Positions 61,724-64,000 of a stretch of 64,000 nt of DNA are shown piece after piece. The stretch comes from Oscillospiraceae bacterium. GTDB taxonomy: Bacteria > Bacillota > Clostridia > Oscillospirales > Oscillospiraceae. Location of the stretch: assembly GCA_031261745.1 (NCBI GenBank), contig JAISJC010000083.1, positions 22,772 through 86,771 on the forward strand, written 5' to 3'. How positions within the stretch are numbered: the first letter of the stretch is position 1; every line of letters starts with the position of its first letter. The notes beneath the pieces are model-generated. The model saw nothing but the letters and a program-made list of their open reading frames with translations, ran no database searches and was not told where the DNA came from. The position numbers were made by a program, and so were the translations under genes.

Positions 61724-61742
61724 CTGTGTTTTCTCCTTAGTT

Positions 61743-62159
61743 TTACGAGGGTTTTACGTTAATCTTGAAGCTGTTGCGGCTCACAAGCACGTTGTCCACG
61801 TCAAGTGCGTAAACAATCTGCACATCGCCGCCGCAATCGGTCAGGTCACGCCGTACAAATTCCGTATTGATGCCCATTGTGAGCGAGCCGTACGGCGTCG
61901 TATACAGGAAATGTTGCTTTTCGCGCTCGTCGAACACCATATTGCCGCCGTACCACGTGTCGCGCGTGAGCGTAATGCGCTCCGGCTCGACGATAAACGT
62001 CGTCTGCGCGCCTTTGAAGCCCGTCACGTCGCTGTCCTGATAGCTGATTTGCGTCGCGCCGTCCGTGTGAATAAAATTGCCCTCGGTAATCAGCTCGAAC
62101 TTTTCCTCGTCGTCGTCCGCGGACTTCTGACTGCCCAATATTGAAATCGTATAATCCAT
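61743..62159 (-). CDS. DUF1934 family protein
   Basis: 138 aa, in the usual Firmicute position upstream of argS. Confidence 0.7.
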   Translation of the reverse strand: MDYTISILGSQKSADDDEEKFELITEGNFIHTDGATQISYQDSDVTGFKGAQTTFIVEPERITLTRDTWYGGNMVFDEREKQHFLYTTPYGSLTMGINTEFVRRDLTDCGGDVQIVYALDVDNVLVSRNSFKINVKPS

Positions 62160-62171
62160 AATATATTTCCT

Positions 62172-62981
62172 CTATCCCAGTGTAATCTGTTCTACCGTGC
62201 CGGAGATGTCCGCTTCGAGGAAGCGCGAGGCCTGTGCCGCAAAGTCCTCCGCGGAATCCGTGACGAAGTATCGTCGCCTCCCCGGCTTCGCGCGGTCGGT
62301 GAGCAAATCCGCGCTCCGCAGCCGCTCCGCAACGAATTCCGCCGTCACCGCGCCCGAATCCACGAGCGTCACGCCCTCACCGAGGACGAGGGCAATCGCC
62401 CCCGCCAAAAGCGGATAGTGCGTACATCCGAGGATTACCGTGTCCGCGCCGCTGTCGATAACCGGCTGCAAATAATCCCGCGCTATCGTCGTGACGGCGA
62501 TGTCGTCCGCGCTCACGCGCCCGTTTTCCACGAGCGGCACGAAGAGCGGACACGCCGCCGAGGTCACCGTGAGCTTCGCGTCAATCCGCGCTATCGCGGC
62601 CGCGTACGCGCCGGAACGCACCGTCGCTGCCGTACCGATTACGCCGATTTTGCCGTTCTTCGTCAGGGCGGCGGCGCGCGCCGACGGGGGTTCCACCACG
62701 CCGAACACGGGAACCGCAATCTCCGGCGCGATTACGTCCAGCGCGGAACTTGACACCGTGTTGCAGGCGACAATCATCGCTTTTATGCTGTGCGAGAGGA
62801 GAAAGCGCGCGTCCTCCCGCGCGTATTTAATTATCGTCTCGCGTGAGCGCGAGCCGTACGGCACGCGTCCCGTGTCGCCGAGATAGACGATTTCCTCGTG
62901 CGGCAGAAGCTGCGCGAGCCGCTTTACGGCGGTCAGACCGCCCAAACCAGAGTCAAAAACGCCGATTGGTGAGCTATTCAT
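62172..62981 (-). CDS. murI: Glutamate racemase
   Basis: 269 aa with IGVFDSGLGGLT, ...ACNT... and ...GCTHYP. Confidence 0.95.
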   Translation of the reverse strand: MNSSPIGVFDSGLGGLTAVKRLAQLLPHEEIVYLGDTGRVPYGSRSRETIIKYAREDARFLLSHSIKAMIVACNTVSSSALDVIAPEIAVPVFGVVEPPSARAAALTKNGKIGVIGTAATVRSGAYAAAIARIDAKLTVTSAACPLFVPLVENGRVSADDIAVTTIARDYLQPVIDSGADTVILGCTHYPLLAGAIALVLGEGVTLVDSGAVTAEFVAERLRSADLLTDRAKPGRRRYFVTDSAEDFAAQASRFLEADISGTVEQITLG

Positions 62982-63095
62982 TAATAAACCTCAAATTTAA
63001 CATTTCACTATTGCAACATATGATTAAACAGGTTATAATATATTAAAGCAAAACGACACAAATTACAAGCATTATTTTCACGGAGGTGATTTCCA

Positions 63096-63503
63096 ATGAA
63101 GATTGAACTGACGGATAAGCAATTTCGGCGGCTTTTGGATATGGTCTATATCGGCAACTGGGTGCTGAATTCTACGCGCGGCGACGACCGGATCGCCGAC
63201 TACGACGACGTGGAGAGCGCGCTCTTCGCGCAGGCTCCCGCAGCCGGAATGGGCGTCGTTACGGCATTCGAGGGCGGCGTTGCCGTGCCGAGCGAGAAGT
63301 TTGAAAACGGCGGCATTTACGAGGCGATTGCCGATTACGAGGACACGGTTTTCTTTGAGATTCTCGCGGAGGAACTTGCGCGGCGCGATATGGCGTTTGA
63401 GCCGATCAGCCCTGAGAATATGCGCGAGCTGTCCAACCGCATCGACGAGTATATCGAAGAATTTGAGCAGAACGGTATGGACCACATCGTTTTGGAGAAG
63501 TGA
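63096..63503 (+). CDS. Hypothetical acidic protein
   Basis: 135 aa ORF with SD GGAGGTG. Confidence 0.5.
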   Translation: MKIELTDKQFRRLLDMVYIGNWVLNSTRGDDRIADYDDVESALFAQAPAAGMGVVTAFEGGVAVPSEKFENGGIYEAIADYEDTVFFEILAEELARRDMAFEPISPENMRELSNRIDEYIEEFEQNGMDHIVLEK

Positions 63504-63504
63504 C

Positions 63505-63942
63505 GTGAGATTGGACGTAAAAATTCTGCGCGAGGGCGCGCGTCTCCCGACATACGGCACGGACGGCTCTGCGGCGGCGGACCTCTACGCGTGCCTTGAC
63601 GCGCCGGTCACGCTGAACCCCGGCGAAACCGCGATTATCGCGCTCGGCTTTGCCGCCGCAATTCCCGATGGCTACGTCGGGCTTGTTTTCGCGCGGTCGG
63701 GTCTCGCGACGAAGAGCGACATCGCCCCCGCGAACAAGGTCGGCGTCGTCGATTCCGACTACCGCGGCGAGTGGCAGGTTCCGCTGCATAACCACGGCGC
63801 GGTTCCGCGCGTGATTGAACACGGCTTGCGTATCGCGCAGGTCGCGATTGTTCCCGTCGCGCGGGCGGAATTTGAGATTACAGACGAGCTTGACGCGACG
63901 GAACGCGGTCACGGCGGGTTTGGTTCAACGGGAGGATTTTAA
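63505..63942 (+). CDS. dut: dUTP diphosphatase
   Basis: GTG 63505 preceded by SD GGAGAAG. Motifs GSAAADLYA, ...GVVDSDYRGE... and ...RGHGGFGSTG. The upstream part of the tracked ORF overlaps the neighbouring gene. Confidence 0.9.
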   Translation: MRLDVKILREGARLPTYGTDGSAAADLYACLDAPVTLNPGETAIIALGFAAAIPDGYVGLVFARSGLATKSDIAPANKVGVVDSDYRGEWQVPLHNHGAVPRVIEHGLRIAQVAIVPVARAEFEITDELDATERGHGGFGSTGGF

Positions 63943-64000
63943 TGGAAGAAATCAAATTACAGGCGCAGGCCGCAATCCGCGAGCTGCTGTCCGTTTCTAA
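63942..64000 (+). CDS. Start of an unidentified gene (runs off the window)
   Basis: ATG at 63942 overlaps the dut stop (TAATG). Begins MEEIKLQAQAAIRELLSVS. Confidence 0.3.
   Translation, partial: MEEIKLQAQAAIRELLSVS

Noticed and set aside
60683-61762. 359-aa plus-strand ORF antisense to argS. Similar long shadow ORFs lie at 59048-60007, 49719-50669 and 47459-48259.
   Set aside because: All lie opposite confidently identified housekeeping genes and have a low-complexity Arg/Ala-rich composition. They are GC-driven open frames.
1-64000. Searched by eye for CRISPR arrays, reverse transcriptases (retron/DGR), transposases/IS elements, rRNA genes and canonical tRNA genes
   Set aside because: None were found. 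The only regularly spaced repeats are the short operator and iteron sets listed above. No RT motif (YxDD) context or transposase-like ORF was seen.

Overview
About two-thirds of this window is prophage and one-third is chromosome of a GC-rich, Clostridia-like Firmicute. All family names below come from reading the ORF translations by eye; no searches were run.

Prophage (1-41337): this is the right-hand ~41 kb of an integrated PBSX-like contractile-tailed prophage, and its left end lies outside the window. Nearly all of its genes are on the minus strand. From right to left they are:
- a lysogeny switch at ~37.9-38.7 kb;
- early, replication and recombination genes: SbcC-like ATPase, RecT, MBL hydrolase, DnaD-like organiser with internal iterons, G39P-like loader, RusA;
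- a block of nucleic-acid-modification and accessory genes: split C5-methyltransferase, N6/N4-methyltransferase, MazG-like, radical-SAM-like Gp37/Gp68, HNH, J-domain protein, two tRNA-like RNAs;
- a RinA-like late activator;
- a ParB-like / ABC-ATPase-GNAT / formyltransferase-like trio;
- terS, terL, portal, MuF, XkdF-like scaffold, capsid, neck, sheath, tube.

A plus-strand repressor, a moron gene and a large serine recombinase (39796-41337) close the element. The recombinase abuts a host ORF that looks 5'-truncated by the insertion.

Chromosome (41.3-64 kb): a two-component system with an ABC exporter, then murA, rlmH, a phosphoglucomutase-type gene, rpe, recR, ahcY, a UDP-GlcNAc 2-epimerase, a DUF3794/LysM sporulation-type protein, argS, murI and dut.

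Most interesting observations:
1. The ParB / ABC-GNAT / Fmt-like trio heading the packaging operon is a candidate undescribed nucleic-acid modification module.
2. The portal protein is extended by a perfect NUDIX box and a nuclease-like terminal module.
3. The C5-methyltransferase is interrupted at a G11 tract. It is one of three long G runs of 9 nt or more clustered within 2.4 kb.
4. Two aberrant tRNA-like elements sit in a 375-nt ORF-free island.
5. A lysogeny-module protein shares the C-terminal ~45 aa of the MuF head protein.
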